DNA of 64,000 nucleotides from Hyaloraphidium curvatum SAG 235-1 (GCA_025558095.1 JAIVFI010000034.1:124001-188000); one strand, 5' to 3'; shown: positions 1 to 11,553, counted from the first letter of the stretch. Program-made: numbers and translations. Notes: generated by a model not told the origin, from the sequence alone.

Positions 1-1
1 C

Positions 2-817
2 GAGGAGTGGACCGACAGGCCGTTCGCGCGGTTCTGCCTGCAGAAGAAGGCGGAGAAGCTGGAGGAGCTCGTCGTGGTCTTCAGCAACTGGGAGTTCAAG
101 GACAGGTCGTACCGGGTGAAAAAGTACGGCGCCTCGGACCCGGTCGTGTTTGCCAGCGATCTGTTCTGCCACACGGCAAAGGGCAGCGCCCGCCTGGACG
201 GCACCTTCAACGGCGGCGGCACCTGGGTCGCAGACGGCACCGGGCTGCAGCTTTCGACCGAGGCGTCGCACGCACCGGGGGGCGCCGGCACGCGGAGCAC
301 ATACTCGACGATCTGGGTCGACGGGGGCGGCGCGCTGCCCAGGGACTGCAACATAACCGTCTCCGCCGGCCCCGCGGGGGTCTCGGTGCCGGACGTGTCG
401 CGATGCCTGCCGCGGTACATCGCGCCCACGCGGTTCTTCCCCAAGGCCGGCACCGTGCGCGTGGACGGCAGCGTGCAGGAGGCATGCGGGACGGATCCGG
501 AGACGTACCAGCCGTTGACGGCCACCGGCTCCTTTACCGCATCGGACAACGGGATTTCGTTCGTCGACGTGATGGACACCTCGCTTTCCGGGCCCGGGCA
601 CAGGGCGTACTTTGGCACGGCTAGCGACGCGGAGCAGGACATCGCGGTCGCGTCGGGGTGCAAGGGGACGACGGATACCGCCTCGGGCGGGGTGTATTTG
701 CTGACGGCCAAGGAGGACGGAACGGCGCGGGCCGCGGAATCCAAGGACGGGCTGCAGGGGACCACTGTCGGGGATTCGGGGACGTTCCAGTGGGATTTCA
801 GGGGCGAGGCCGAATAG
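2..817 (+). CDS. 3' part of a hypothetical protein, truncated by the window start
   Basis: Frame is open from position 2 (EEWTDRPFARFCLQKKAEKLEELVVVFSNWEFKD...) to TAG at 815-817, with GC3-biased codons and a beta-rich, non-repetitive sequence. Confidence 0.65.
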   Translation, partial: EEWTDRPFARFCLQKKAEKLEELVVVFSNWEFKDRSYRVKKYGASDPVVFASDLFCHTAKGSARLDGTFNGGGTWVADGTGLQLSTEASHAPGGAGTRSTYSTIWVDGGGALPRDCNITVSAGPAGVSVPDVSRCLPRYIAPTRFFPKAGTVRVDGSVQEACGTDPETYQPLTATGSFTASDNGISFVDVMDTSLSGPGHRAYFGTASDAEQDIAVASGCKGTTDTASGGVYLLTAKEDGTARAAESKDGLQGTTVGDSGTFQWDFRGEAE

Positions 818-1280
818 TGGTTGCGTAGTGTGAGCTGTGCGCGCTCGGAAGGAGTTGGAGCCGTTGTTGTTCGCCGCAAGTGGCATCCGGTGGCCGAAGA
901 GGGCGCACCGGATTTGCAGCTGTGACGCTGGCTGTTCCTGGCGGGGACCTCCCGTGGATGATGCCGCGCGGAAATCCATCTGCATCACCAGAGCATCTCT
1001 CTAGGAAGAGACTGGTGGCCGACCTTGCCGGTTTGCGCCGGCGGCGGGACGGTCGGCGGTTCGGCGTCCGGCCAAGAAGGGTCCGGCGGGCCGCCCGCCT
1101 GAATGTGTGTCACCGAGCTTCTTTTCTCCCCGCGCCCCTCACCCCGCCACGGAGCCCCTCCTCCCGCTCGCAGGCGTTTGAGGCGTTTGAGCCGCGCCGC
1201 AGCTGCGCGGAGAGTGGCGCCGGATTCGTGGCGTGGCGGACGTGGGGCGACCGCTGCGTTCCCTGCGCCACGCGGACCAC

Positions 1281-3122
1281 ATGGACAACGGCAGTGCGGG
1301 CGCCGAGGGCGCCGACTGGGGACAACTGGTCGCGGCGGCTGAGATGCCGGCGGCCGAGGTGTGGGCGCGCCTGCGCAACCGGCGCCGCGGCTCGGGCGCC
1401 GGCGGCTCCGACGCCGGCTCCATCGCGTCGGCGCCGCTGGGCCGCGGGCTGCCGCTGGGCTCGCCGCTGGCCGAGGGCCGCCTGTCGCTGCCCACGCCGC
1501 ACGCCCAATCCGCGCTCGCCGCGCACCTCTACCCCGGCCGCGGCCTGGCCTCGCTGCCCGAGCCGGCGCTGGGCTCGGAGGCGCCGCCGGCGTCGTACCT
1601 GCTGCTGCCGTCGGTCGCCTCCTTCTGGAAGAACCTCCATCCGATTTTCCCCCTGCTGCACCGGACATCTTTTGAGGCGGCCTTTGCGCCCGCCCCAGTG
1701 CGGCCCGGCGCCGCCCCACCCCGATCCTCGCTCGCCTATCCCAACGGCAAACCCTTGATTCTGCTTTATGCGATAGCTGCCAACGGCGCTCGCACGCTCC
1801 CGAACCTCTCCGAGGCGCAGCGCTTCGGGTTTGCGCGCTATTGCTGCGAAAAGGCGCGCGAGATGCTCCTCGCGCGCCAGTCGGACGACCTCGAGTCCGC
1901 ACAGGCGCTGGCCCTCCTTTTGAACAACCTGGTGGCCGCGGGGCTGCCGGCGCGGATGGCGCCGCTCCTGGACCGCGCGGCGCAGGCCGCCCAGGCGCTG
2001 TACCTGAACCTGCCAACAGACCCGCCCACCAGGGCCGACCAGTGGATCTACAAGGAGCTGGTGGTGCGGCTGCGCACCCTCGTCTGCTTCTTCGACCAGG
2101 GCGCCGCGTGGTACGCCCAGACCCCGACCGTCGGATCCTACTTCTACCCGCACGAATGGCCCGTGCCCTGCGGCGAGCGCTGGTTCGACGACGCCGACCC
2201 CGAACGCGCCCACGCCGACCTCCTCTCCCACCGCTCCGGCGCCCCCGAACCCACCCTGCACCTCGGCGACCTGATGGGCGCCGGCGTGATCGACGTCGTC
2301 CGCGGCCTGGCCTCGGCCACCTTTGGCGGCACCGGCTCGGTCCTCTGCATGCTGCAGCTCGCCAACCACGGCCGCCACCTCATCATGACCCTCCTCCGCA
2401 TGGGCGGCGGGCCCGCCGGTGCCGGGAGCCTCGTGCGCGAGGGCACCGCGTTCCTCGCCCAGGTCGCCGACGCCTTCCTCCGCGCCCTGCCCGCCCGCCT
2501 CGGGCCCTCCATGGCCATCGGCGACGCCGCGGCCCTGTTCGCCTCCTCGGACCTGTACTTCCCCCGCCCGGGGCACGCCTTCTCGGCTCTGCAGTCGATG
2601 ATATTCACCGAGGAGCACGCGGTGGAGATGTTCCTCGCGGGCGGCTTCCGCCGCGCCGCCCTGGAGCGCGCCCTCAGGCTGGCCAGGCTGCTGGACGGCA
2701 TGCTCCGCGCGCAGCCGGGGTTCCAGTGGGGGCACTACCTGGTCATCCCGCCGGCGTTCAAGGTCGGCGCGGCGCTGCTGTCGGCCTACGTGGACGAGTC
2801 GCGGTCGGTGCCGTGGGAGACGCGGGAGCAGGCCGGGGAGAGGGTGGCGCGGGTGCGCGAGTACGAGGTGGGCGCGCGGACGGTCGATTCCGTGCTCGGC
2901 GCGCTGGGCAGGTCCTACGGCCTGCAGCCGAGGAGGGTCGCGCGCAAGTTCGCGAGGATGATGCTGGCGGCGGGGATCGCCGTGGCGATGCCGCCAGAGG
3001 AGGCGGAGGAGCTGTTGGATGTCGTCGAGGGGGAGAAACCCGGGTTCTTCTGGGATGCGCTGATTGCCCAGGCGGATGTGGCCAAGGCCGGCTCGAGGGG
3101 GATGCTCGGGGCGGGTTTGTAA
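1281..3122 (+). CDS. Fungal-specific transcription factor domain protein (Fungal_trans/MHR-like); no Zn2Cys6 cluster visible
   Basis: FWKNLHPIFPLLHRTSF and LLYAIAANGAR segments are typical of the middle homology region. ATG at 1281 follows an in-frame TGA at 1188. An upstream exon cannot be excluded. Confidence 0.75.
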   Translation: MDNGSAGAEGADWGQLVAAAEMPAAEVWARLRNRRRGSGAGGSDAGSIASAPLGRGLPLGSPLAEGRLSLPTPHAQSALAAHLYPGRGLASLPEPALGSEAPPASYLLLPSVASFWKNLHPIFPLLHRTSFEAAFAPAPVRPGAAPPRSSLAYPNGKPLILLYAIAANGARTLPNLSEAQRFGFARYCCEKAREMLLARQSDDLESAQALALLLNNLVAAGLPARMAPLLDRAAQAAQALYLNLPTDPPTRADQWIYKELVVRLRTLVCFFDQGAAWYAQTPTVGSYFYPHEWPVPCGERWFDDADPERAHADLLSHRSGAPEPTLHLGDLMGAGVIDVVRGLASATFGGTGSVLCMLQLANHGRHLIMTLLRMGGGPAGAGSLVREGTAFLAQVADAFLRALPARLGPSMAIGDAAALFASSDLYFPRPGHAFSALQSMIFTEEHAVEMFLAGGFRRAALERALRLARLLDGMLRAQPGFQWGHYLVIPPAFKVGAALLSAYVDESRSVPWETREQAGERVARVREYEVGARTVDSVLGALGRSYGLQPRRVARKFARMMLAAGIAVAMPPEEAEELLDVVEGEKPGFFWDALIAQADVAKAGSRGMLGAGL

Positions 3123-3670
3123 CGGCTCATGGGAGCGTCTTCAAACACGCTCTCGATTATCCCCCTGCCCCGCGCCGATGCCCGGATCCGCGGTCCAAAT
3201 CGGAGTCCGATGACGATGCAGGTGCTGCCTGGCCTCGCCCCGGTGTGATCGTCGGCATTCGACCGCGGCGGAGGGGGGGTCGTTATGCGTGGCGGTGCTG
3301 GGAGTGATCGATCACTGCAGAGTCGAAGCAGGTTGCCGACTGCCCAGAGTCCAGTGCCTTGCGGACCTTGCTGATTAGGTTGGATGCGGCGTTCAGGACA
3401 GACGGGCTCCGAGCAGGGGATAGCGGTCGTGCTCGAGCGCGTCTGAAGCCGGACCAGGACGCTCATCAAAGCCCGCGCGCACCAGCCCCCTCGACCCCGC
3501 CCTGCCACATCCTTATGGGCAATGAGCGCATCGCAAAAGAATCCGGGCTTCTCCCCCTCAACCACGTCCAACAGCTCCTAGGCCTCCTCGGGCGGCATCG
3601 CCACCGCGATCCCCGCCCCCATCATCATCCTCGCGAACTTTTGGGCCACCATGCTCGACTGCAGCCCCTA
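2916..3670. repeat. Degenerate inverted duplication (~265 bp arms, 2916-3181 and 3404-3670) of the TF 3' end plus a thiolase 3' tail
   Basis: The reverse complement of 3470-3670 reads ...QKFARMMMGAGIAVAMPPEEA*ELLDVVEGEKPGFFCDALIA, matching the TF C-terminus but with stops. 3411-3446 (+) encodes EQGIAVVLERV*, matching the thiolase end GQGIAVLFERV*. Confidence 0.85.
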
Positions 3671-3673
3671 GCT

Positions 3674-5088
3674 TCAAACACGCTCGAACAGGACGGCTAT
3701 ACCCTGCCCCGCGCCGATGCACATCGTCGCGAGCCCGTACCTCCCCCCGGTGCGCCGCAGCTCGTGCACGACCTTGGTAGCGATGATCGCCCCCGTCGCC
3801 CCCACCGGGTGCCCCAGCGAGATGCCCGACCCGTTGGGGTTGGTCTTCTCCGGGTCGAACCCCAGCAGCTTGGACACGGCGCACGCCTGCGCGGCGAACG
3901 CCTCGTTGCTCTCCACCACGTCCAGCTGCTCCACGGTGATGCCCGCCTTGGCCAGCGCCTGTTTGGTCGCGGGCACCGGCCCCAGTCCCATGAACAGCGG
4001 ATCCACGCCCGCGTGGCCCACCGCCACGATCCGGGCCAGGGGCTCCAGGTTGAGCTCCCCGACCGCCTTTTCCGACGCGAGCACCAGCGCCGCCGCGCCG
4101 TCGTTGATCCCCGACGCGTTCCCCGCCGTCACCGTCCCCCCGTCCTTCTTGAACGCCGGCCGCATCTTTGCCAGCGCCTCGGGGGTGGTCTCGCGGGGGT
4201 GCTCGTCCACCTCGAACACGACGGTGCCCTTCTTGGACTTGATCTCGACGGGGACGATCTGCCCGGCGAAGCGGTTCTCGCGGATGGCGCGGAGCGCGCG
4301 GCGCTGCGACTCGGCGGCCAGGGCGTCCTGGGCCTCGCGGGAAATCGACTCCTGCGCGGCCACGTTTTCAGCTGTTATCCCCATGTGCACCTTTAGGGGA
4401 GGGGACGTGCGTTGGGGGAGGTTGGCGGGTGAGCACTTGGTCACCGAGTCGCGAACGAGAACCAGACGCTCACCTTGTGGAACGGGTCGTGGAGGATCGT
4501 GAGCATGTAGTCCTCGAGCTGCCGATGAACGACGTGTGAGTCGGCCGTGATCCATCGGCGAGAAGAGAAGAAGAAAGGAGATAGAGAAAGCGATAGAAGA
4601 GCAAACGAGCTTCTTCATCGTTCTCGTACTCTTCTCCTTCCGCCCTTCTCTGTCTAGCAGATGCTCACCTCGGTGTTGCCCATCCGTGCGCCCCAGCGGG
4701 TGGACGTCGAGGCATAGATGCCCCTCGACATGCTCTCCGCCCCGCCGCCCACGGCAACCTCGCAGTCGCCCTCCCTGATCGCAGAGGCGGCCAGCGTCAC
4801 GGCGTGCAGCCCCGATCCGCACAGCCTGTTGACGTTGTAGGCGATGCTCTCCTGCTTCATCCCGGCGTCGAGCGCCGCCACCCGCGACAGGTAGGCGTCC
4901 CGGGCCGACGTCGGGATGACGTTGCCCAGCACGAGCTGCGATGCGCGGTCGGCGGGGACCTTGGCGGCGGCCAGAGCGCCCTTGATGGCGGTGGCGGCGA
5001 GGGTGGGGAGGGGGACGTCCTTCAGGCTGCCGCCGAAGCTGCCGACGGCGGTGCGCGCTGCGCCGACGACGTAGACCGCGCGGCTCAT
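3674..5088 (-). CDS. Acetyl-CoA C-acyltransferase (beta-ketothiolase), BktB-like; 3 exons (5088-4669, 4518-4474, 4390-3674)
   Basis: Catalytic motifs NRLCGSG, NEAF, GHPVGATG and MCIGAGQG. GT-AG junctions join in frame as ...GNTE|LEDYMLTILHDPFHK|VHMGITAE. Confidence 0.93.
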
Positions 5089-5550
5089 TGCTCCGGGCGG
5101 AGAATGGGGTCGGAGGGCAGCGGGAGAGGTTGTTCCTGGTTGTTTGAAAATCGGTTCTCGGCTGTCGGCTCGACCGAAGTTGCCGCGCGCGGTTGCGCGG
5201 GATAGAGAGACGTGGGACCCTTTCCATCCAGCGTACATTGGCAAAGAAGAAGCAATGCCTTTCGATTTCCGTTTCCTGGAGCTGGCTTTGAGTGATTCGC
5301 CGCTGATTGACCTCCTTCCCGTTGAGGCCTGGCGCTAGACATTCATTAGGCGACGGACGCGAGCTGCAGGTCATGATGGAGCACCCGATCCGTGGAAAGC
5401 ATAGCTTTGTTGAGGTGCCGGAAAGAGTCTTTGGGGATGCAGTTGAGTCCGCCATTGAGGAACGTGCGGCATTGGCGCCAGCCCGCCACCGGCCGGCCCC
5501 GCCTGCCTCAACTGCCTCCCAGACCCACAAACAGTCTCCCCACCGGCGCC

Positions 5551-6392
5551 ATGGCCTCCGACCCCGACTACATCGCGGCTTTCAACCACCAGAAGGACGG
5601 GTACCGCCGCGTCGTCACGGGCTACGACGACAAGGGCAAGAGCATCTTCATTTCCGGTCCGTCGCCCACGCCGCTTCCCCGGCCGCGCGCCATGCTAACT
5701 TCCGGTCGTCGCTTCGCCGCTCCCCTCGCGCGCCGTGTTTCGGATCGACGCGCTGCTGCCTTCGTCTGCAGATGAGCGCGTCAAGCCCGTGACCTTCGAG
5801 CACTCGGGCGGCGGCCCTTACCACCGTCTGTGGTCGGCCGACGAGCCCCCCGTGTACCCCGGCGACGCGAGCGACCCCAAGGCCAAGAATTTCTTCCCCG
5901 AGCTCCGCCCGGGGAGCACCACGCAGGGCCACAGGATGCTCGTGTTCGAGGTCCCCGTCGGGGACGGCCCGGGCGGGACGGACGCCGCGCCGGGGGCGGA
6001 CCCCGCCAAGGCGGCGGCGGAGATGGAGGACAAGGTGCCGGGGCTCGCGGGACACATGGAGCCGGACGAGCCGGGGATGCATGCGACGGCGACGATCGAC
6101 ATGGAGATCGTGCTGTCGGGGAGGATCCAGCTCGAGCTGGACTACGGGCTCAAGAAGGTCATGACTCCGGGGGTGGGCCGCCGTGCTGTTGCCTGCTGCT
6201 CCTTGTGCTCACGCTGGCGTGTGCAGGACGTGATCATCCAGAACGGCACCAGGCACAGGTGGACCAACGTCGGCAAGGTGGGGTCCGTGCGGCGGATGGA
6301 TTGCCGGTCCTCACTAGCCCCCGGCGCAGGTTCCCGCGGTCGTCATGGCCTTCATCGTCGGCGCGGACCACAAGCTCAAGAAGGCGCACTAG
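5551..6392 (+). CDS. Cupin-2 domain protein, spliced
   Basis: RRVVTGYDDKGKS N-terminus, MHATATID and DVIIQNGTRHRW cupin motifs; three short introns; TAG at 6390-6392. Confidence 0.85.
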
Positions 6393-7551
6393 CCAACGTC
6401 ATCGGCGCACGAGGCCCTTTCTTCAACGTCTTCAACGTTTCCAATCAGGATGTCGTGCGCGAACTCTCCCTTCACGGCGGTCCCGGTCCGCGGCCCCGGA
6501 TGCCCTCGTTAGCGCCGTGCTACAGACCAGCCGCAGTCGGCGCTGTTCATCACCAGGGCCGGCCCGTGAAAGGGCGGCCGGCGCTGTGTAGACTGTTTCC
6601 GCGCTTTACCAGCCCGCCTCTCCGTTAGGCCGACCCGGCCCCCGAGTCTGGTTCACTGATTCCAGGTCGCGCGGCGAATTGCTCTGATTCCAGGTTGGCT
6701 GGCTGCCGGCTTCAGGGGTCGCTCCCCCCGCCGCTACTTCCCTTGCTAGCTTCGCGCGGAGCGGCTTGGCGAGCGCCAGGCGTGTATGACTTTTCGCGGG
6801 CAGTTCTTTCCCCCGTGGACGGCCGCCGGCGGCGCGCGGGATTCGGACGTTGAGATGCAGACGCACGCTTTTCATGCAATAAAACCCGTCGGGAAATGCA
6901 TGGGTAGTGAGATCCCCTGCCGGGGGGCTTCCGGGCCGGTGGGGGCCAGACCCCGGGCGGAGCGCGCGCCCAACACCCCCTCGCCCAAACCGGCTCCCAC
7001 GTCCACCGGAACGGCTCCCTGGGCCGGATGACACCACCGCGGTGACGGCGGGCGCGTTCCTGTGCGGCGGCGGCGCGGCGCGGCGGCGGGACGAGGCGCG
7101 GTGGGGGCAACCCGGCGCCGCTCCCCGTCGGACCTCCCTCGCGCGCTGCACCCCTCGGCGCCCCTCCCGCGCAGCCACGGTCGACGGCGGCGGACATGAG
7201 AATGGCGGACATGAAGGGGGACGGCGGCGGCAACACGGCTGGGGGGTGGGAGGGCGGGCGGCATGCCGGGACCGCGGTACCGAGCGACAGGTTCGACGTG
7301 CAAGGGGCCGAGGCCTGTTCAAGCCTCGGCAGCATCCGCCTGCCCTGATTCGCTGAAGGCAGCTGGTTCATGCGGGATCTGACCCGTCTGGAGGGCAACG
7401 GCCGTCGGTTTGAGTTTTCGCGATCACCAACGTGTCAGCCACATCAGCCGCGCCGAAGACTGGACCCTGCCACCTCCGACCACCTCCGACCCCCGCCAGC
7501 GCGCCAACCCCGGGGACCCCGCCCACAGGTGACTGCGCTTCCGATCTCCCG

Positions 7552-10500
7552 ATGCGAGCTGTGCTGCGAGCCGCCCTCTTCGCGGCGCTCGCGCTGCTGT
7601 GCCGGCCGGCGGCGGCGGACCCGAGGCGGCGGCAGCTTGCCGGCGTGGGGGCGGCGCTCGCACCGCCGCCGCCGCCCGCGGGCTCCGACGCCTCGGCTCT
7701 CGCCCCGCGCGCCGATGCGCCCCCGCCCGGCTGCGGCGCCTCGGCGTGCGCCGTCTCGCTCGGCTTCGACGACTCGGCGGTCGCCGCCACCGCGCCCGGC
7801 CCGCAGTACGCCTTCCCGTTCCCGCCCGGCACCGCGCCGGGGACCGCGGGCACCTACCGCGGCCTGGCACTGCTGGGCTTCGGCCTGCTGGACGCCGCGC
7901 AGACCGCCGCGAGTTACGCCGCCGCAGACCCCGCCGCAGCCGCGCTGTGGCCGGCATACGTCGGCTCGCCGCCCAACGCCCTGTACGTCGACCCGGCATT
8001 CGCCCTCGTCGCAGTCGGCCTCGAGGCGTACGTCGCCTCGCTCTCGGCCGCGCCATCGCAGCCGGCCGGATGGACGTTTGCCCTCTCCGCGCTCTCGCTC
8101 ACGGCGCTCAGGCCCGCCGACATCGCCCCGCCCGGCACGTCGGCGCCGCCATCGGTCGTATTCTCCTCCCGCGTGGTCATCAACGGCTATGCCTCCGGCC
8201 AGCAGCTCTACTCGCTACCCGTGGCCCTCTCGTTCGGCGTGCGCACCACAGTCGACGTGCTGTCCCTCATCGCCGCGGCGCAGACCGACCCGCTGGCCCC
8301 GCTGAATGCGACGGCCGTGCAGGTAGACCGCGTGGACCTGCTCGTCTACTCGTCCGCGCTGGTGGTCGACGACGTGCAGGTCTGCGGCGACCCGGGCTCG
8401 CCCCAGCCGCAGCCCGTCGCATCGGGCATCGAGACCGCCTTCTGTCCCGCCACCCCAACCACCACCACCACCACCGCAACGACGGACACGGGCACCACCG
8501 ACACCGGGGCGCCCACCCAAACCCCGACGGGGCAGCCGACCGACGTCCCGACCACCACCACCGTCTCTGCAACCCGGCAGACCATCACCGTCTCCTCGGG
8601 GCAGCCCGTCTTTGTCCCATGCGCCGAGTACCCCGTGTCGACAAACGGCCGTTGCGGATCCGCCTTCGGCTCGCGCTGTCCCGACGGCTTCTGCTGCTCC
8701 ATCGCCTCGTACTGCCAAGACGACGGGGGCAACAACGGCGCCCCCTGGTGCGACGCCGGCTGCCAGCGCGGGTACGGCAAGTGCTGGGCCAACGTCACCG
8801 ATCCCGCGGCCTACTCGTGCCCGACGCCGTCCGCCACGGCGACGTACCAGCTCACGAGCATCTCCTCCGCCACGCCCGTGTACATGCCCTGCCCGGGGTA
8901 CGAGGTGACCACCAACGCGCTCTGCGGGGCGCAGAACGGGAACAGGAGGTGCCCGGGAGAGCTCTGCTGCAGGTTGGTCGCGCGTCCTTGCACGGATCGT
9001 CCGGAGGCTCACCCTGCTTGCCTCTGCAGCCAATACGGGTACTGTCAGGACGACGGAGGCAACAGCGGCCCCCCATGGTGCGGCGCCGGATGCCAGGTGC
9101 GTTTGAGCGCAGCCCCACGGGCCGGAGCGGCCCCTCTCATCCCGCCCGCCCCGACAGATCGGCTTCGGCAAGTGCTTCGTCGGCGCCGCCCCCGTCTCGA
9201 CGCAGTTCCTCTGCCCGGGCGCCACCCCAGCTCCGACGTCGGCGGCGAGCAGCACCACCGCGCGCACGGGCACGGGCAAGACCACCACCACCAAGAAGGT
9301 CACGACGACAAAGTTCACCACGACGCGGAGCCAAACCGCGACGACCTCGGCCGGGCCGACATACATCACCCTGAACCCAAACACAAAATACCCGGTCAGC
9401 AAGGACGGCCGCTGCGGGTACGCCTTCGGTACGCGGTGCCCCACGGGCCTGTGCTGCTCCAACGGCGGGTACTGCGAGGACGACGGGAGGATCGACGGGC
9501 TGGACTGGTGCGGGCCGCAGAATTGCCAAGTGGTGGGTCGGGGCGCGAATTGGGGCCATTCGTGCGTCTGCTCACTGCAGCTTCCCCAGGGCTACGGCAA
9601 GTGCTTCGCCGTCTCGCCACTCGCGCCACAGAACGCGTCCTACGTCGGACGCGACGGATCTCGCGGCATCTACGTGACGCAAAAGTCCAAGAGCGGCCAG
9701 CGCTACTGCTGGACCGCCACCATGCCCCATGTCGCCCAGGCCTCGCTCGTCAATGCAGCCGGCACGTTCAAGAGCCACCGCTGGGAGATGTGGATCGCGC
9801 TCAACGGCAACCTGACCTTTGTCAGCACGACCGGTCTCACGACGGGCGTGGGCTACGAGCTCCGCACCGTGCCCTCGCCCCGGCCGTCCGGCTTCCCCGC
9901 CGGCGCGGCGCGGTACCTAGTCGTCGCACCCAAGGCTTTCGGCAGCACCCAGGCCACCGTGGCAGCGGACCGCAACGCCACCGCGTCCTTCTGCACCGAC
10001 CTCGCCGCCTCCGCCGCGCTCGTGCCGCCCTCGGGCATCCGCGGCCGCTTCGCCTCCCGCGGCGGGCCCGTGATCTACGCCTGCAGGGACAAGCGCGTGG
10101 CCATCACCTACGACGACGGACCGTGCATGTACACGGACGCGCTCATGGACGTGCTGGCTGCCAAGGGCGTCAAAGCGACGTTCTTCGTCGTCGGGGACAA
10201 GAACTGTCAGATCGGGGACTACTACCCGACGCTCGCTCGGATGATCCGCGAGGGGCACCAGGTGGGCCGCGCGCTCTGAGCTTCCTTCCGCCGCACCCCG
10301 CTAAACCCGCTCCGCAGATCGGCCTGCACACCTGGTCGCACGTCTCCATCCCCTACCAGCCCGACGCGGTGCTCATCGAGGAGATGGGCCGCATCGAAAA
10401 CTCGGTCTACGCCGCCACCGGTCTCCGGCCCAGGTACATGCGCCCGCCCTTCGGCGACTGGGACGCCCGGTCGGCGACCACCATGGGCTCCCTGGGGTAC

Positions 10501-11283
10501 AGCCTGATCACGTGGGCCGTGACCTCGGACGACTGGTCCGTCGCCGACACCAGCGGCCTGTACGACGTCACCGGCGCCCTGCAGCACATCGACGCCCAGC
10601 TCAACACGCGGAACCAGGGCCTGGTCAACCGAACCGTCGGGGACACCATCCTCAACCACGACGTCCTCTACGGCACCGTGTACAACCTGACCGCGCCCCT
10701 GATCGACCTCCTCCGCTCGCGCGGGTACCAGCTCACCACGGTGGCGTCCTGCCTGGGCGACCCGGAGCCGTACAAGGACGACGACCCGCTCGCCGGCGTG
10801 GGCGTGCAGCTCGGCCGGCGCGGCGCCCCCGCGCACGACCGCAGCGGGACCGTGCCGCACCTCCTGCGGGACAGGGCGCTCCGCGCGGCGCGGGAGGAGG
10901 AGGCGAGGGTCAGACTGGCGGAGCGGTGCGGGGAGCGGGAGCGCCGGCTCGAGGCCCGGCGGGCGCAGATGGAGGCGCAGAGGGCGGCGCAGGTCCCGCC
11001 GGTGCAGGTTCTGCAGGCAGGGGGGTACTCGGCGGGGGCGGTCGTGGGGGCCGTCATGGTCGGCGTGCTCGCCGGTGCCGCGGCCGCGGTCGCGGCGCTT
11101 CCGGGGCACCGCCCCGTGCGCGTCCGCGGATCCCGGCCGCACGCGCCGACGCCGGAGCCCCGGCACTCGGACGTGGGGCCGCAGGACGTGCTCCACGTTG
11201 CCGCGGTGCCGCAGCCCGCGATCAAGGGGAAGCTGACGAAGCGGACCTCGACGGGCGAGGACGGGGCGTGGGACAGCGCATGA
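7552..11283 (+). CDS. Multidomain chitin/polysaccharide deacetylase (CE4/NodB) with three CBM18 hevein-like domains, signal peptide and C-terminal hydrophobic segment; spliced
   Basis: Signal peptide MRAVLRAALFAALALL; three CG...C..G.CCS...YC modules; CE4 motifs TYDDGP, HTWSH, RPPFG, DDW, LNHD; introns near 8972, 9097, 9531 and 10262. Confidence 0.9.
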   Translation: MRAVLRAALFAALALLCRPAAADPRRRQLAGVGAALAPPPPPAGSDASALAPRADAPPPGCGASACAVSLGFDDSAVAATAPGPQYAFPFPPGTAPGTAGTYRGLALLGFGLLDAAQTAASYAAADPAAAALWPAYVGSPPNALYVDPAFALVAVGLEAYVASLSAAPSQPAGWTFALSALSLTALRPADIAPPGTSAPPSVVFSSRVVINGYASGQQLYSLPVALSFGVRTTVDVLSLIAAAQTDPLAPLNATAVQVDRVDLLVYSSALVVDDVQVCGDPGSPQPQPVASGIETAFCPATPTTTTTTATTDTGTTDTGAPTQTPTGQPTDVPTTTTVSATRQTITVSSGQPVFVPCAEYPVSTNGRCGSAFGSRCPDGFCCSIASYCQDDGGNNGAPWCDAGCQRGYGKCWANVTDPAAYSCPTPSATATYQLTSISSATPVYMPCPGYEVTTNALCGAQNGNRRCPGELCCRLVARPCTDRPEAHPACLCSQYGYCQDDGGNSGPPWCGAGCQVRLSAAPRAGAAPLIPPAPTDRLRQVLRRRRPRLDAVPLPGRHPSSDVGGEQHHRAHGHGQDHHHQEGHDDKVHHDAEPNRDDLGRADIHHPEPKHKIPGQQGRPLRVRLRYAVPHGPVLLQRRVLRGRREDRRAGLVRAAELPSGGSGRELGPFVRLLTAASPGLRQVLRRLATRATERVLRRTRRISRHLRDAKVQERPALLLDRHHAPCRPGLARQCSRHVQEPPLGDVDRAQRQPDLCQHDRSHDGRGLRAPHRALAPAVRLPRRRGAVPSRRTQGFRQHPGHRGSGPQRHRVLLHRPRRLRRARAALGHPRPLRLPRRARDLRLQGQARGHHLRRRTVHVHGRAHGRAGCQGRQSDVLRRRGQELSDRGLLPDARSDDPRGAPGGPRALSFLPPHPAKPAPQIGLHTWSHVSIPYQPDAVLIEEMGRIENSVYAATGLRPRYMRPPFGDWDARSATTMGSLGYSLITWAVTSDDWSVADTSGLYDVTGALQHIDAQLNTRNQGLVNRTVGDTILNHDVLYGTVYNLTAPLIDLLRSRGYQLTTVASCLGDPEPYKDDDPLAGVGVQLGRRGAPAHDRSGTVPHLLRDRALRAAREEEARVRLAERCGERERRLEARRAQMEAQRAAQVPPVQVLQAGGYSAGAVVGAVMVGVLAGAAAAVAALPGHRPVRVRGSRPHAPTPEPRHSDVGPQDVLHVAAVPQPAIKGKLTKRTSTGEDGAWDSA

Positions 11284-11553
11284 ATGCGCAGCCGGTTGCG
11301 CAGGAACCTTGTCTATAGCTAATCGACTTTGCAATGCGATAGAATGCATTCCACGCATTTCGGAGCTTCGATATTAAAAGATCCGCCGGGACAAAGGGCC
11401 TCTGACGGACAGTTGGCCCAGGACCGAATCCAGACGAGTGATTGCGCCGACAGCAGTGAGCGGTACAACTTCACAGCAATCTTCGCAATTGATCAGGAAT
11501 CAACGCCCGTGTTCTGCGTGCTGCGCAACCAAGGGTCGAGTGCTCCATTGGCA

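Noticed and set aside
4555-4655. AG-rich/CT-rich low-complexity tract
   Set aside because: It lies inside thiolase intron 1; a simple sequence with no further evidence of function.
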